Virus record (IMG/VR): IMGVR_UViG_3300037067_012225
Coordinates: 3,127-67,126 of that record
Length of the DNA stretch: 64,000 bases
Source of the DNA: a virus
Direction: 5' to 3' (one strand)
The notes beneath the pieces were generated by a model. That model had not been told where the DNA came from. It saw nothing but the letters and a program-made list of their open reading frames with translations, and did no database searches. Of the stretch, positions 28,752 to 44,400 are shown piece after piece; the stretch's first letter is position 1, and each line of letters begins with the position of its first letter. Position numbers and translations under genes: made by a program.

Positions 28752-30390
28752 TTTTATTACAAAATCTAAATCTGTCCATGGCGACGTTTACGATTATTCA
28801 AATTGCGTTTATGTTAATGCTACTACTCCTGTTGATATAATCTGTCCTTTGCATGGGCACTTTCTTCAGCTTCCTAGGAAACATGCTAGTGGACAGAAAT
28901 GTCCAAGATGTAGCAGGAAGAACGCAAACAATTATAGGGTTCTGACGAAGGAGCAGTTTTTAGCAAAAGCACTACTTATACATGGTGATAAATATCAATA
29001 TGTCGACTTGAATTATGAAAACGGTCATGGTAAGATATCGATAATATGCCCAGTGCACGGTAGATTTAAACAGACGATACATTCACATCTTCAAGGACAC
29101 GGTTGCAAGAAATGTGCGTCGCCTGGCAAAAGGGCTGTGGTATCTGCTAAATATGATACTGATTGGTTTGTTAAAAAAGCGAATGCTGTCCATGAAAATA
29201 AATATGACTACACTGGTGTTATATATAATAAATCGTCAGACAAAATCGAAATCATATGCCCAATACATGGCAAATTCGAGCAAGTGGCGCGAGATCATTT
29301 AAATGGATTTGGATGTAAACTGTGTGGTATAGAGCATTTACGTGATATCAACGCACGCACGAAACAAGAATTCGTCGATGCAGCGCGTTTAATACATGGT
29401 GATACTTATGATTATAGCAAAGTTAGATATATCAATAAAGATATAAAGGTTACCATAATATGTTCTAAACACGGTACATTCCAACAGACTCCAGGCCATC
29501 ATCTTTATGGTCAAGGATGTCCAATATGTCAAGTATCGTCTGGGCATCTTGCAGTTCACTCATATATCAAATCGCTTGGCGTCCAGACAATTAATAATGA
29601 AAGGAGCTTATTGGATGGCTTAGAAATTGATATTTTTATTCCTGAGAAATTAGTTGGTATTGAGTACAATGGGTTATTTTGGCATTCTTATAATCATTTA
29701 GAAACGAAAAACGAGATATATAAGCATTACAATAAGTTCGACATTGCTGCAAATAAAGGTGTGTTATTATTGCAGTTTTTTGAGCATGAGTGGTTATATA
29801 AACAGGAGATTGTAAAATCGATTATTAAAAACAAGCTTGGGCTATGTACAAAAATATCTGCCCGCTCCTGTAAGGTCTACAACATTCCTGCATCCGAGGC
29901 CAATGAATTTTATACAGCGAATCATCTGCAAGGTTCTAGGAATGCGTCAATCAATCTATGCTTAAAAATTGGTGATGTGATCTATTCCTGTATGTCTTTT
30001 AGTAAGCATCATACATATCAATACGAATTAATCAGATATGCGTCATTTTTAGGGCACTCGGTGCGAGGCGGTGCAAGTAGGCTATTCAAGCATTTTGTGA
30101 GAGAAGAACAGCCGAGGTCTATTATGTCGTATGCTGATAGAAGATATTCAAATGGTGGACTGTATAGAGCATTAGGATTTAGTTTGATAACGACAACCAA
30201 GCCTGGATATGGTTATGTTAAAGGCTCTAACTTTTACTCTAGGCAAGTATTTCAGAAGCACAAACAACATGATTTATTGGACATATTTAACCCTGAATTG
30301 TCTGAACCTGTAAATATGTTTAATAATGGATATAGAAGAATTTGGGATGCTGGCAATTGGAAATTTTTGTGGGTTAATTATGAAATTTGA
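28687..30390 (+). CDS. Free-standing homing-endonuclease-like protein
   Basis: Four repeats of HGDxYDY...IICPxHGxFxQ...H..G..CxxC (DUF723-like). Vsr/PD-(D/E)xK-like EIDIFI...IEYNGLFWH. C-terminal GGASRLF...SYADRRYS domain. Locally AT-rich. Start could be 28687, 28693 or 28705. Confidence 0.8.
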   Translation: MVMLKQMISQNLIESRKQKLFNFITKSKSVHGDVYDYSNCVYVNATTPVDIICPLHGHFLQLPRKHASGQKCPRCSRKNANNYRVLTKEQFLAKALLIHGDKYQYVDLNYENGHGKISIICPVHGRFKQTIHSHLQGHGCKKCASPGKRAVVSAKYDTDWFVKKANAVHENKYDYTGVIYNKSSDKIEIICPIHGKFEQVARDHLNGFGCKLCGIEHLRDINARTKQEFVDAARLIHGDTYDYSKVRYINKDIKVTIICSKHGTFQQTPGHHLYGQGCPICQVSSGHLAVHSYIKSLGVQTINNERSLLDGLEIDIFIPEKLVGIEYNGLFWHSYNHLETKNEIYKHYNKFDIAANKGVLLLQFFEHEWLYKQEIVKSIIKNKLGLCTKISARSCKVYNIPASEANEFYTANHLQGSRNASINLCLKIGDVIYSCMSFSKHHTYQYELIRYASFLGHSVRGGASRLFKHFVREEQPRSIMSYADRRYSNGGLYRALGFSLITTTKPGYGYVKGSNFYSRQVFQKHKQHDLLDIFNPELSEPVNMFNNGYRRIWDAGNWKFLWVNYEI

Positions 30391-30508
30391 AGAGATTGAA
30401 TCTATAGAGGTTGTTGATGATAGCGATACCTTCGATATTTCGAATTATGCAGACGATACATATATGGGCGAAGGTAATTTTTTGATAGATGGAGTTGTTG
30501 TTCACAAT
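30380..30508 (+). mobile_element. Split intein C-fragment (43 aa)
   Basis: MKFEEIESIEVV...TFDIS...NFLIDGVVVHN|S, with penultimate His, terminal Asn and +1 Ser. Confidence 0.9.
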
Positions 30509-32002
30509 TCTATACCTGATTATGTTAAGAATCGTGACGATAAAACGAATAGCTGGGCCAAAGGCGAGCATCCGGATATTGTCGAAATACTGAAAATGAC
30601 AAGCGGTGTTATTGTTTTCCAAGAACAACTAACGTCTATTTGGCAGCGTATTGCTGGCTTCACTGGCCCTGAATCGCAAGATGCACGAAAAGCGGTTGCG
30701 AAAAAGTGGAAGGATAAACTAAAACCAGTTAGGGAACACTGGCTCGTTGGTGCTGGTAAGAAAATTGGTGACGCAAAAGCACGAGAGTATTGGGATAAGA
30801 TGGAGACGTTTGGGCGATACGCTTTCAACTTATCGCACGCTATCTGTTACTGTTTATGGGCATATCGATGTCTCTGGTTTAAGGCTCACTACCCAGAAGA
30901 ATGGTGGGCTAGTGTGATGGGGACGTGCGACCAGAAGGCTCTTGAACGTTATATGTCTGCAGCACGCGGTGAAGGGATTCATTTCGGTGAAATAGATATC
31001 ACGAAATTGACATCACGACCAGTCGCTCACTCTGGACCAAACACAGACAATAAGAATATCGCGCTCGGTCTGACGAGCTTGAAAAAGATTGGCGAAAAAG
31101 CTGCTCTCGAATTTGTTGATGAAGTCGGGGACAATACCTATACGGACATAGACGACTTCATTGAGAAGAAGGGCAAGAGCAAGATTCTTTTTGAGCGTCT
31201 TATCAAGCTAGGAGCATTTTCAAGACTGCATCCAAATAAGCGTGCTACGTGGATGTGGTATTTGCACGCTTATGGCTCTGGAAATATCGAAGATTTTGAA
31301 TTTGCTGAAGTCGATGACATAGCAAAGGCTGAAATGGCCGCGTCTAGAGTTGCCCAACTTAAAGCAAAGCCGAAGTTGAAACAATTCAGCTACCCGATGA
31401 AAATTCTCAAGGCTTACCATTTACGTAGGTTAATGGAAGATGCGAGATGGACGGAAGAGACAATCCTAGCGGAACGAGAACGCCAAATTGCAGAATTCAA
31501 ACGACAATTCCCAAAGCGGAAAGTGCCGGCGAAAATGCAAAACTGGCGTCCAGTTATTAAGGCTACGCGAGCAGATATCATGGCCTTATATCCGGAAGAT
31601 TACGCATTTGAGCGGATTCTGACGTTTGAAAAGGAGTTCCTTGGCTATCACTGGCATTCACCGATTGACTTATATCACGTTAGTGGAAATAATACAGTCG
31701 AGAAGTCGAAACACAACGAACGGCTTGAGGGTGTCATAGTAGAAATTATCAGAACCAAGACTAAAAAGGGTTCTGATATGATTCGTATGACAGTTTCGGA
31801 CGGTCGTAAGACGTGTTTGATATTGATTTGGGAACACGATATCAAGAATCAGGACAAGTCCTTACTACGCCCTGATAAAGGTATTAGAATAAAAGTTGAT
31901 TACGATAAAGACCGCAATAGCTTCGTCTTGATGAGGGGCACCGTCATGGAACCTCTCTGGACGAAAGAGGCGTGGGAAAAGCAGCAAGCCTACGCCGAAT
32001 AA
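30380..32002 (+). CDS. dnaE: DNA polymerase III alpha, piece 3 (IntC plus fingers, HhH and OB fold)
   Basis: Motifs GVIVFQEQL, FGRYAFNLSHAICY, WFKAHYPEEW, GLTSLKKIG, EKEFLGY and a C-terminal OB-like region. Confidence 0.92.
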   Translation: MKFEEIESIEVVDDSDTFDISNYADDTYMGEGNFLIDGVVVHNSIPDYVKNRDDKTNSWAKGEHPDIVEILKMTSGVIVFQEQLTSIWQRIAGFTGPESQDARKAVAKKWKDKLKPVREHWLVGAGKKIGDAKAREYWDKMETFGRYAFNLSHAICYCLWAYRCLWFKAHYPEEWWASVMGTCDQKALERYMSAARGEGIHFGEIDITKLTSRPVAHSGPNTDNKNIALGLTSLKKIGEKAALEFVDEVGDNTYTDIDDFIEKKGKSKILFERLIKLGAFSRLHPNKRATWMWYLHAYGSGNIEDFEFAEVDDIAKAEMAASRVAQLKAKPKLKQFSYPMKILKAYHLRRLMEDARWTEETILAERERQIAEFKRQFPKRKVPAKMQNWRPVIKATRADIMALYPEDYAFERILTFEKEFLGYHWHSPIDLYHVSGNNTVEKSKHNERLEGVIVEIIRTKTKKGSDMIRMTVSDGRKTCLILIWEHDIKNQDKSLLRPDKGIRIKVDYDKDRNSFVLMRGTVMEPLWTKEAWEKQQAYAE

Positions 32003-32118
32003 TTTCTAGGCTACTCTAGCCGATATTTTGGGTGTTGCTATAAACCCACGAGCTGCTAGTTAAGAGACAAATTTTAGTTGTCGATTTGTGTAGTTGAGTC
32101 TCTTGACGGATATATATT

Positions 32119-37341
<5,223 letters not shown>

Positions 37342-37402
37342 CCAAACATAATAGGGATGCGATGATGGTATCTAGCTATCGCAATACGCCAATTGGTATA
37401 TT

Positions 37403-39202
37403 ATGAAATTCAAAGAACTTAGAGTTGTTCAGCTCACAAGCCCACCGGAATTAGGGACTAATCCGCCGGAGAATACTGTTTATGAATGGTTTACGGACGT
37501 TTCAACCGATATGCAGACATTGCATTATCGATATCAAGATGGATCAGAAAGATCTGCTGTTAGTAGTGGTAGTGGCGTTATTGGAGCGACCGGTCCTTTA
37601 GGACGTACTGGTGCAACAGGTGTCGTTGGTGCTTCTGGTGTCGCTGGTGCTTCTGGCTCTGGTGCGACCGGGGCTTCTGGCGCTTCTGGTGCTACCGGTC
37701 CTTTAGGACATACAGGTGCAACAGGATCTGGTGTCCAAGGTGCTTCTGGTGCTACTGGTCCTGGTGGTGGCGACCCAGGCGCTACTGGTTCTACTGGCCC
37801 AAGAGGCGCAACCGGTATCGGTCTTGTTGGATCGACCGGTAGCGGCGACCCAGGTGCTACTGGTTCTACTGGCCCAAGAGGCGCAACCGGTATCGGTGCT
37901 TCTGGTGCGACTGGTTTTAGAGGTGCTTCCGGTGCTACGGGGCCTTTAGGAGGGCCTATTGGTGCTTCTGGTGCGACTGGGACTTTCGGCCCCCCAGGTG
38001 CAACGGGACCAAGCGGAGGACTTACGGGAGCCACAGGTGCGACTGGTATATCTGGTGCGACTGGTTTGGTCGGTTTAATTGGTGCGACCGGTCTGAGAGG
38101 TGCTTCTGGTGCTGGAATAGTTGGTGCCACAGGTTTAATAGGTGCAACTGGTCCTATTAGTGCTAGTTCCGCATTGGGCGAGAACGTAATCATAAATGGT
38201 GGATTTGATTTCTTCCAGCGTAATACCAATGGCTCGTCTTGGACACCTTTATCGTCTGCAGATGATACTTATTGCTTTGATCGCTGGATAGCACTCACAC
38301 AATCAAGTACGGTTCTGACATCACGGATTGCGCCGGCGACTGGTGTAGCAGCTCCACCCGGACCGTTTTGTGGGCTGATGCAGCAAAGTGCAGCTCAACG
38401 TATAGGTTTGTTACAGATTGTTGAAGGAACTAACTCTTTCCCACTTCGAGGACAGTCTGTTACGCTACAGGCGGCGGCGACGTCTGATGCGAATGTGACT
38501 CCATTCAATTTACGCTTTGCGATTTTGGAATGGACTGGTGTAGCCGACACTGTGACCAGCGATGTTGTTAAAAACTGGGCCAGCACTACTTATACACCGA
38601 ATAATTTCTTTCTCAGTTCTGGGATAGTTGTTGCTGGTATTGGATCTGTATCATTAACTAGTGGTGTACGTACCTCTATTACCCTGACTACTACTGTAAG
38701 CAGTTCGTGCAACAATTTAATTGTCTTCTTCTGGACAGATACAACACAAATAGGTACAAAGTTGATGTTGTTTGATGTTGACTGCCATACTGGTGGAACT
38801 CGCGTATGGAGTCAACGGCCTATAGCCCAAGAACTAGTTTTATGTCAACGGTATTATGAAAAGAGTTATCTTATTGATGTAAAACCAGGGACGGTAACAG
38901 CAGTAAGTATATGCCAGGGATGGGTGAACCCAAATAGTTATGGTTGGTTTAAAGTACCGCAAATACACAACTATTTGGTTTTTAAGCGTATAGCGATAGC
39001 ACCGATATTTTATTCACCATATACGGGAGTTGCGGCAAAGGTTGGTGAGTATAGTGCTGGTTCTGTCTACGTGGCAGATCGCAATGCTGGAGCTGCAAGT
39101 ATAGGTAATAATTCATATGGTGTGTCGTGGAATGGATCTGGTACCGAATGGACTGGCAACAATTATATATGGCACCATTGGACAGTCGATGCAGAATTAT
39201 AG
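37403..39202 (+). CDS. Collagen-like tail-fibre-type protein A
   Basis: GAT repeats followed by [13 protein letters not shown]...DRW...[13 protein letters not shown]...DAEL. Confidence 0.8.
   Translation: MKFKELRVVQLTSPPELGTNPPENTVYEWFTDVSTDMQTLHYRYQDGSERSAVSSGSGVIGATGPLGRTGATGVVGASGVAGASGSGATGASGASGATGPLGHTGATGSGVQGASGATGPGGGDPGATGSTGPRGATGIGLVGSTGSGDPGATGSTGPRGATGIGASGATGFRGASGATGPLGGPIGASGATGTFGPPGATGPSGGLTGATGATGISGATGLVGLIGATGLRGASGAGIVGATGLIGATGPISASSALGENVIINGGFDFFQRNTNGSSWTPLSSADDTYCFDRWIALTQSSTVLTSRIAPATGVAAPPGPFCGLMQQSAAQRIGLLQIVEGTNSFPLRGQSVTLQAAATSDANVTPFNLRFAILEWTGVADTVTSDVVKNWASTTYTPNNFFLSSGIVVAGIGSVSLTSGVRTSITLTTTVSSSCNNLIVFFWTDTTQIGTKLMLFDVDCHTGGTRVWSQRPIAQELVLCQRYYEKSYLIDVKPGTVTAVSICQGWVNPNSYGWFKVPQIHNYLVFKRIAIAPIFYSPYTGVAAKVGEYSAGSVYVADRNAGAASIGNNSYGVSWNGSGTEWTGNNYIWHHWTVDAEL
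37769..37897 (+). repeat. 54-bp direct repeat (37769-37822 and 37844-37897, 1 mismatch)
   Basis: GGCGACCCAGGYGCTACTGGTTCTACTGGCCCAAGAGGCGCAACCGGTATCGGT occurs twice. Confidence 0.85.
38175..38308 (+). repeat. 134-bp near-identical repeat, copy 1 (copy 2 at 39757-39890)
   Basis: Four differences between copies, all synonymous. Confidence 0.9.
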
Positions 39203-39221
39203 AGTTTAGTGAAGGATCGAT

Positions 39222-40766
39222 ATGAAATTCAAAGAGTTTAGGACAATTCAGCTTACAAGCCCACCTGATTTCGGCGACAATCCGCCAGAGAATATAATAT
39301 ATCAATGGTACACTGAAGCCAGTAATACCACTGTTATGATTACTAATCGATATCCAGATGGAAGTGAGAAGACTATATCAGGTGGCTCTGGTCATATTGG
39401 TGCAACTGGTAGTACGGGGCCGGTTGGTGCAACCGGACCGTTAGGTGGTCCCACTGGTGCCACTGGTACTAAAGGTGCCACTGGTATACAGGGGCCGACT
39501 GGAGGTTCTTCTGGTCCGACTGGTGCTACTGGCCCAAGAGGCGCGTCGGGAGCAACCGGCCCAACTGGTGGATTAACTGGTGCAACTGGTGCAACTGGTG
39601 TCATAGGTGTTGCAGGTGCTTCTGGGATCAGAGGTGCTTCTGGTGCGGTCGGTTCTGCTGGGCTAGTCGGTGCTACGGGTATTAGAGGTGCTTCTGGAGT
39701 TAGTGTAACTGGACCTGTTGGTGCGACTGGATTAGCAGGGCTTGATGGTGGTTTACTGGGTGAGAACGTAATCATAAATGGCGGATTTGATTTCTTCCAG
39801 CGTAATACCAATGGCTCATCTTGGACACCTTTATCATCTGCAGATGATACTTATTGCTTTGATCGCTGGATAGCACTCACACAATCAAGTGCGGTTGATA
39901 CTTTTCGCTGGAATTCGGTTACTGGTACAATGGCACAACCAGGGCCATTTGGTGGTTTGATGGCGCAGAGCAATGCAATAGCACAAAGGATGGGCTTGTT
40001 GCAGGTCGTTGAAGGTTTTAATTCTTTTCAATTACGTGGTAAAAATGTGACATTACAAGCAAGAGTAGCCAATACATCAGGATCGACGAACTTACGTTAT
40101 GCCGTACTTGAATGGATTGGTGTAGCGGATACAGTAACAAGCGATATCGTAAGAGATTGGACAAGTACGTCATATACAGCAAATAACTTCTTTCTCAGTA
40201 GCGGTTTGGTTGTTGCAGCTCTCGGCCATGTGTCTGGCTCTGCTTGGCAAGACATTATGTTGAGCGCTACTATAAGCGCTGCTTGTAATAATTTAATGGT
40301 ATTTTTCTGGACTGAATCACCAGCAGCACAAAATGGTATCATGTCTATTGCGCAGGTCGATTGTCATTTGGGTGGTTCGCGTCTTTGGAGCCCAAGACCT
40401 GTAGCACAAGAATTGCAACTATGTCAGCGATATTATGAAAAGAGTTATGATTTAGATGTAAAGCCGGCATCAATTGCAGACGGAGGCAGATGTTTTAGCG
40501 AAATCTCGACATCCTATCGTCTTTATACTTCTTCGATAAGCTATAAAGCAGCAAAGCGAATAGTGACCACCATAACCGCCTATTCAGCGTATAATGGTGC
40601 CGTTGGCTACTGTGCCGAATATAGTGCTGGGCCGGTGTTTGTGCATAATCGTGCTATTGCTGCATCTACGTCAGGACAGGGAGCTGCGCAGCTAGCTGGT
40701 ACCAACGGTGACTTAACTGTTGGCAATTACGTAAGGTTCCATTGGTCGGTCGACGCGGAATTATAG
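39222..40766 (+). CDS. Collagen-like tail-fibre-type protein B (paralog of A)
   Basis: Same N-terminus MKFKE.R..QLTSPP, same head domain and same DAEL end. Confidence 0.8.
   Translation: MKFKEFRTIQLTSPPDFGDNPPENIIYQWYTEASNTTVMITNRYPDGSEKTISGGSGHIGATGSTGPVGATGPLGGPTGATGTKGATGIQGPTGGSSGPTGATGPRGASGATGPTGGLTGATGATGVIGVAGASGIRGASGAVGSAGLVGATGIRGASGVSVTGPVGATGLAGLDGGLLGENVIINGGFDFFQRNTNGSSWTPLSSADDTYCFDRWIALTQSSAVDTFRWNSVTGTMAQPGPFGGLMAQSNAIAQRMGLLQVVEGFNSFQLRGKNVTLQARVANTSGSTNLRYAVLEWIGVADTVTSDIVRDWTSTSYTANNFFLSSGLVVAALGHVSGSAWQDIMLSATISAACNNLMVFFWTESPAAQNGIMSIAQVDCHLGGSRLWSPRPVAQELQLCQRYYEKSYDLDVKPASIADGGRCFSEISTSYRLYTSSISYKAAKRIVTTITAYSAYNGAVGYCAEYSAGPVFVHNRAIAASTSGQGAAQLAGTNGDLTVGNYVRFHWSVDAEL
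39757..39890 (+). repeat. 134-bp near-identical repeat, copy 2
   Basis: Matches 38175-38308. Confidence 0.9.
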
Positions 40767-40808
40767 CTGACACAAAAGAATGATTTAATGAGTAGCAGAG
40801 GCTGAACT

Positions 40809-41267
40809 ATGACGCTAATATCTATAAACCTTGGAGTTACTGGCTTAACCAATATCAAGGCATTGCCGTTTAGTGCTGACTTTTCACAAGTTTGGGATGG
40901 TGATCAGCTAACGGCAATAGACACAGCCGTACCTGCTTTCATTGATATGTCAGAGCTCGTTGTTGGTGGAATTGGTGCTGGAACATATAAAGCAGATCTA
41001 CCAACATCATTAGATATCATAAACGACAACGACGGATTGTGGATCTCTATTTATGATGCCGGTTCGCCACCATCTGTCAGCGACTCTCTATATGGATATG
41101 TGCCACCGTCCTGTAAATCGGCGCTTATTAATGCTGTTGTCGATGCAATCTCCAAGCTCGAAATAACCATCGACCCGGCTGATTTGCAGAGAGCCTTGAA
41201 GGGCACAGTAATTAAACCAACTCAAATAGTTCTAGGTCCGTGTCAACGACCACCATGCTCGACTTAA
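40809..41267 (+). CDS. Hypothetical protein (possibly structural)
   Basis: GAGG RBS. Follows the fibre genes. Confidence 0.55.
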   Translation: MTLISINLGVTGLTNIKALPFSADFSQVWDGDQLTAIDTAVPAFIDMSELVVGGIGAGTYKADLPTSLDIINDNDGLWISIYDAGSPPSVSDSLYGYVPPSCKSALINAVVDAISKLEITIDPADLQRALKGTVIKPTQIVLGPCQRPPCST

Positions 41268-42181
41268 GTTGTCAGTGCGTTTTTTCTACGCAATAGCTTA
41301 ACTAGACAGCTACCAAGATCCATGAAATAATCGTGCTCTGCCATAGCGCCGATGCATTCAATGCCGAGTTTGTCGAATTGGGCAAGATCAGGTTTTTGAC
41401 CTTTTGGTATCGCTTCAGCAATTGTAGTGCCGTCGATTAGGTCGAATTGCTGAATAAACTGCATGAAATATGGGCCTGGAACCGGTATGTCGCGCGAAAA
41501 ATAAAACAGATAACGATTTTCGGCGATATTACTCACTTTGAAAAAGTCAATCGTATCATCAACAACCAGAACTTGATTGGCTCCTTCGAAATTTAGCCCG
41601 TTTGTCTCGACGTGATAATACCAAACTTGTGCTGTCGGTAGTTGAATGCGTGGTAATCGTGTAAGTGCGAAGAGTCTGTCGAGTTGGATGGTGCTAATCA
41701 TATGGTCGAATTCGATCCTTCGACCGCCCCAAATCATGTAATGGTCGCCGATCTCCGAGACTTGCCCTCTGTTGCTGTCATCAACTAACCTCTGGCTATG
41801 CTTCTGTTGTAGCTGATTATAAAGCTGGTTGACCTTAATGTTATATATAAAATGGTTGCCTCTAGATTTGATACATGGCAGAGCTTGTGGTGGTACTTGC
41901 GATCCGAATACCTTATTTAACCAAGCATTTATTACGAGATCGTCCGGTTGTAATAGACTTCCACCGAGAGAATAAGCTGTTTTGTAGATGAATGATATCT
42001 TGCCACCGAAATGAGCTATCAGATCGTCTATTCTTTCATCTCTGATGATGAAATTGTCGGCTAACGCCGGTCGAAAGCTATAGAAACGGGAACGCGAGAA
42101 TGGCACTACTAACCATTGGTCGCCGAGGATCTCTTTAGCAAGCAATCCTACTATTCCGCTCCCAAGTATCACTCCTTGCAT
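41264..42181 (-). CDS. FAD/NAD-binding oxidoreductase-like protein
   Basis: N-terminal GxGxxG (ILGSGIVGL), FDHMISTI and C-terminal CIG. Confidence 0.65.
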   Translation of the reverse strand: MQGVILGSGIVGLLAKEILGDQWLVVPFSRSRFYSFRPALADNFIIRDERIDDLIAHFGGKISFIYKTAYSLGGSLLQPDDLVINAWLNKVFGSQVPPQALPCIKSRGNHFIYNIKVNQLYNQLQQKHSQRLVDDSNRGQVSEIGDHYMIWGGRRIEFDHMISTIQLDRLFALTRLPRIQLPTAQVWYYHVETNGLNFEGANQVLVVDDTIDFFKVSNIAENRYLFYFSRDIPVPGPYFMQFIQQFDLIDGTTIAEAIPKGQKPDLAQFDKLGIECIGAMAEHDYFMDLGSCLVKLLRRKNALTT

Positions 42182-42618
42182 TTCGCTCTCGACATCTTTT
42201 GGGCGACAGTGAGTGAATCGTCGTCTGGTATATTATTCACCGATGTCACAGTTTCATCTAGTTCGCAGCGAGTCAACTGGTTACTGCTGAACGGATTGAC
42301 AAATGGATCGATAAAAGGCGGCGGTGGAGCTTTTGTTTCAGGCTTTCCAACACCGCATTCTGGGCATGCTACGAATTTATATCCATACTGCTCTAGTATT
42401 TCGCTCGAATAGACATAGAATCCAGCGCAGCAAAACGGGCACATAGCTGATAATCTAGACGGTAAATCGAATTCAAATTCGAAAGGTCTAGCCTGTGTTT
42501 GAGCAGCTTTGTTTGGGTGATCCGATGGAGTAGCAACCATCAGCGTGACGAGCTGGTACTGTTCTGGGTGAGTATTTGGTAGCAGCGTTATTTTGTTGTT
42601 ATCGCTTGCGAGGACCAT
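42169..42618 (-). CDS. Zinc-ribbon hypothetical protein
   Basis: CPFC and CPEC. Confidence 0.55.
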   Translation of the reverse strand: MVLASDNNKITLLPNTHPEQYQLVTLMVATPSDHPNKAAQTQARPFEFEFDLPSRLSAMCPFCCAGFYVYSSEILEQYGYKFVACPECGVGKPETKAPPPPFIDPFVNPFSSNQLTRCELDETVTSVNNIPDDDSLTVAQKMSRAKCKE

Positions 42619-43070
42619 TCTTGACTTCCTTTGTTTTGAGCTTCAACAGCTTTGGCTTTTAGTTTATCGAAAGCCTCTTTAGATACCCACAATTCTACAT
42701 ACCTATCATCCACGACATTAACCGATGGTTTCATATTGATGTCGACTGACACAGACGACACGCAGATATAGTAACATATAAAAGTTCCATTCATACGGAC
42801 GCCAGTAAGATCGCAAGTTATACCCTGAGGGCATTTCTTATTATCGATTATCCTGGATGGCTTGTAGCATTTGATAACGATTGCCTTCATCTCATCCATA
42901 CATCGCTGGCAAATGTCGAAAGAATGAGACGGATCAGTTGTTTTTGATAGTACTATTGAGTTGTTCGTGACAACGGCCTCTTTAGCGTCGAACGAGAAGT
43001 AATCGAACTTCCCAATGACATTAAGACCACATCTATCACAAATAACTCCATGTTTATCCTTGGTCAGCAT
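42588..43070 (-). CDS. Hypothetical protein with an internal duplication
   Basis: GVICDRCG and GITCDLTG repeats. Confidence 0.55.
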   Translation of the reverse strand: MLTKDKHGVICDRCGLNVIGKFDYFSFDAKEAVVTNNSIVLSKTTDPSHSFDICQRCMDEMKAIVIKCYKPSRIIDNKKCPQGITCDLTGVRMNGTFICYYICVSSVSVDINMKPSVNVVDDRYVELWVSKEAFDKLKAKAVEAQNKGSQEWSSQAITTK

Positions 43071-43106
43071 GATGCGTCCTGTAATTATTGTTAGTATTAT
43101 TTACCT

Positions 43107-43823
43107 ATGGATCTTCAAGAATTTGATTGGCAAGGCGGGCCGAACTATCCGTTTGTGCCGCGAGAAATAATTTCTAGCTGGGACGTAGCAGCCATGGGAT
43201 TACAAGAGACACCGTTTGATCGTAAGCTGCGAATGCTGAAGCAGTTGAGTAATACATGCCATGCTTGTACTATGTGTGAACTTGGGCGCAAAGAGCCAGA
43301 AAGAAATGGCACTGTGAGAGATCCACATGTACTCAGCAATATGAACCCGACGTCAACGAGGGTGGTTGTAGTCGGACAAAACCCTGGATGGGAAGAAATA
43401 ACCAAAGGAACGCCATTTATAGGGCAATCGGGAAATAATTTCGATAAGGAATTGGCTAAACACGGCATCGACAGGAGCCAATTCTATATCACCAACGGTG
43501 TTAAATGCTTTACGGCAGATAACGCAAAGCCAAATTATCAGCACGTTAGTAGATGCAGACCGTTCTTGATGATAGAATTGACATTAATCAATCCATTATT
43601 GGTTGTTACATTGGGCGGTTCGGCATTCGACATATTATGTCCTGGCGTTGGATACCAACAATCATTGGGCAAAATAACCAAGAGTGAAGAATTTGGTGTG
43701 AAGGTGTTCGCTATTTATCATCCGTCGCCGTTGAATTTAGCAGACAGAGGTAGGCGTGCGGATTTTGAACGTCAAATAGCTATACTTGCAAAACTTGTCA
43801 AGCATCTTTCCGCTCCTGAGTAG
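43107..43823 (+). CDS. Uracil-DNA glycosylase family 4-like protein
   Basis: Motifs CTMCEL, VGQNPG, PFIGQSG, ITNGVKC and YHPS. Confidence 0.88.
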   Translation: MDLQEFDWQGGPNYPFVPREIISSWDVAAMGLQETPFDRKLRMLKQLSNTCHACTMCELGRKEPERNGTVRDPHVLSNMNPTSTRVVVVGQNPGWEEITKGTPFIGQSGNNFDKELAKHGIDRSQFYITNGVKCFTADNAKPNYQHVSRCRPFLMIELTLINPLLVVTLGGSAFDILCPGVGYQQSLGKITKSEEFGVKVFAIYHPSPLNLADRGRRADFERQIAILAKLVKHLSAPE

Positions 43824-43992
43824 TATTAGCTTTGAACCCTTTACATCTGCCCTCCTCGCTAATTTCACATAACGACGGAACGGTGCAAATTCCAGAGAAA
43901 TTATAGACGCAAGACATAGCCTTACATTCTATATCTTGCCAATCACGCGACACAGGATAACCATCATGATGTGGCAGTAGAGATTCCATCAT
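43798..43992 (-). CDS. Small Cys-rich protein
   Basis: C-x3-C-x6-C...C pattern. Coupled to the upstream gene. Confidence 0.5.
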   Translation of the reverse strand: MMESLLPHHDGYPVSRDWQDIECKAMSCVYNFSGICTVPSLCEISEEGRCKGFKANTTQERKDA

Positions 43993-44380
43993 CGGCAGTC
44001 TCCAAATTATATGGGGCTAAGCGATATACTGGTTTGCCAGCGCGTGTGGTTCTACGTAGAATGTAATCATTGCCTTTCTGTCGTAATAATCCTTTCATTC
44101 GCATCATAAGTGATGAAGGATTGGTAACGGCTGGACTAGAGGCTTCGAGCAGCTTGCTAATTTCTACCGGTTCGCCAGTTGCAACTGCTTCGAGTAGTAG
44201 ATTGTAAGCTGCTTCAGTAGCCAAAGTCTCTGGGTCGGTCCTGATTGGACCTCTAACTTTATCATTTGCAGCAGCTTTGATATTCTCGATCGTTTCCTCG
44301 CTTAATTGTCGAACATCTTCGGCAATGATTTTTTCAATTGGATCACCTAGGTCGACAGATATAACATTAATTTTTGCCAT
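43964..44380 (-). CDS. Hypothetical protein, possible winged helix
   Basis: Helical region followed by a beta hairpin YILRRTTRAGKPVYRL. Confidence 0.55.
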   Translation of the reverse strand: MAKINVISVDLGDPIEKIIAEDVRQLSEETIENIKAAANDKVRGPIRTDPETLATEAAYNLLLEAVATGEPVEISKLLEASSPAVTNPSSLMMRMKGLLRQKGNDYILRRTTRAGKPVYRLAPYNLETADDGISTATS

Positions 44381-44400
44381 AATAATTTTCCGTTCTGTTG

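Noticed and set aside
28752..30379. Group I intron or a frameshifted contiguous intein in dnaE
   Set aside because: There is no non-coding space for a ribozyme core. IntN has its own stop, IntC has its own ATG and the fragments have complementary charges, all of which fit a split intein.
38175..39890. Diversity-generating retroelement TR/VR pair
   Set aside because: The mismatches are synonymous and not adenine-specific, both copies are mid-gene, and there is no reverse transcriptase in the window.
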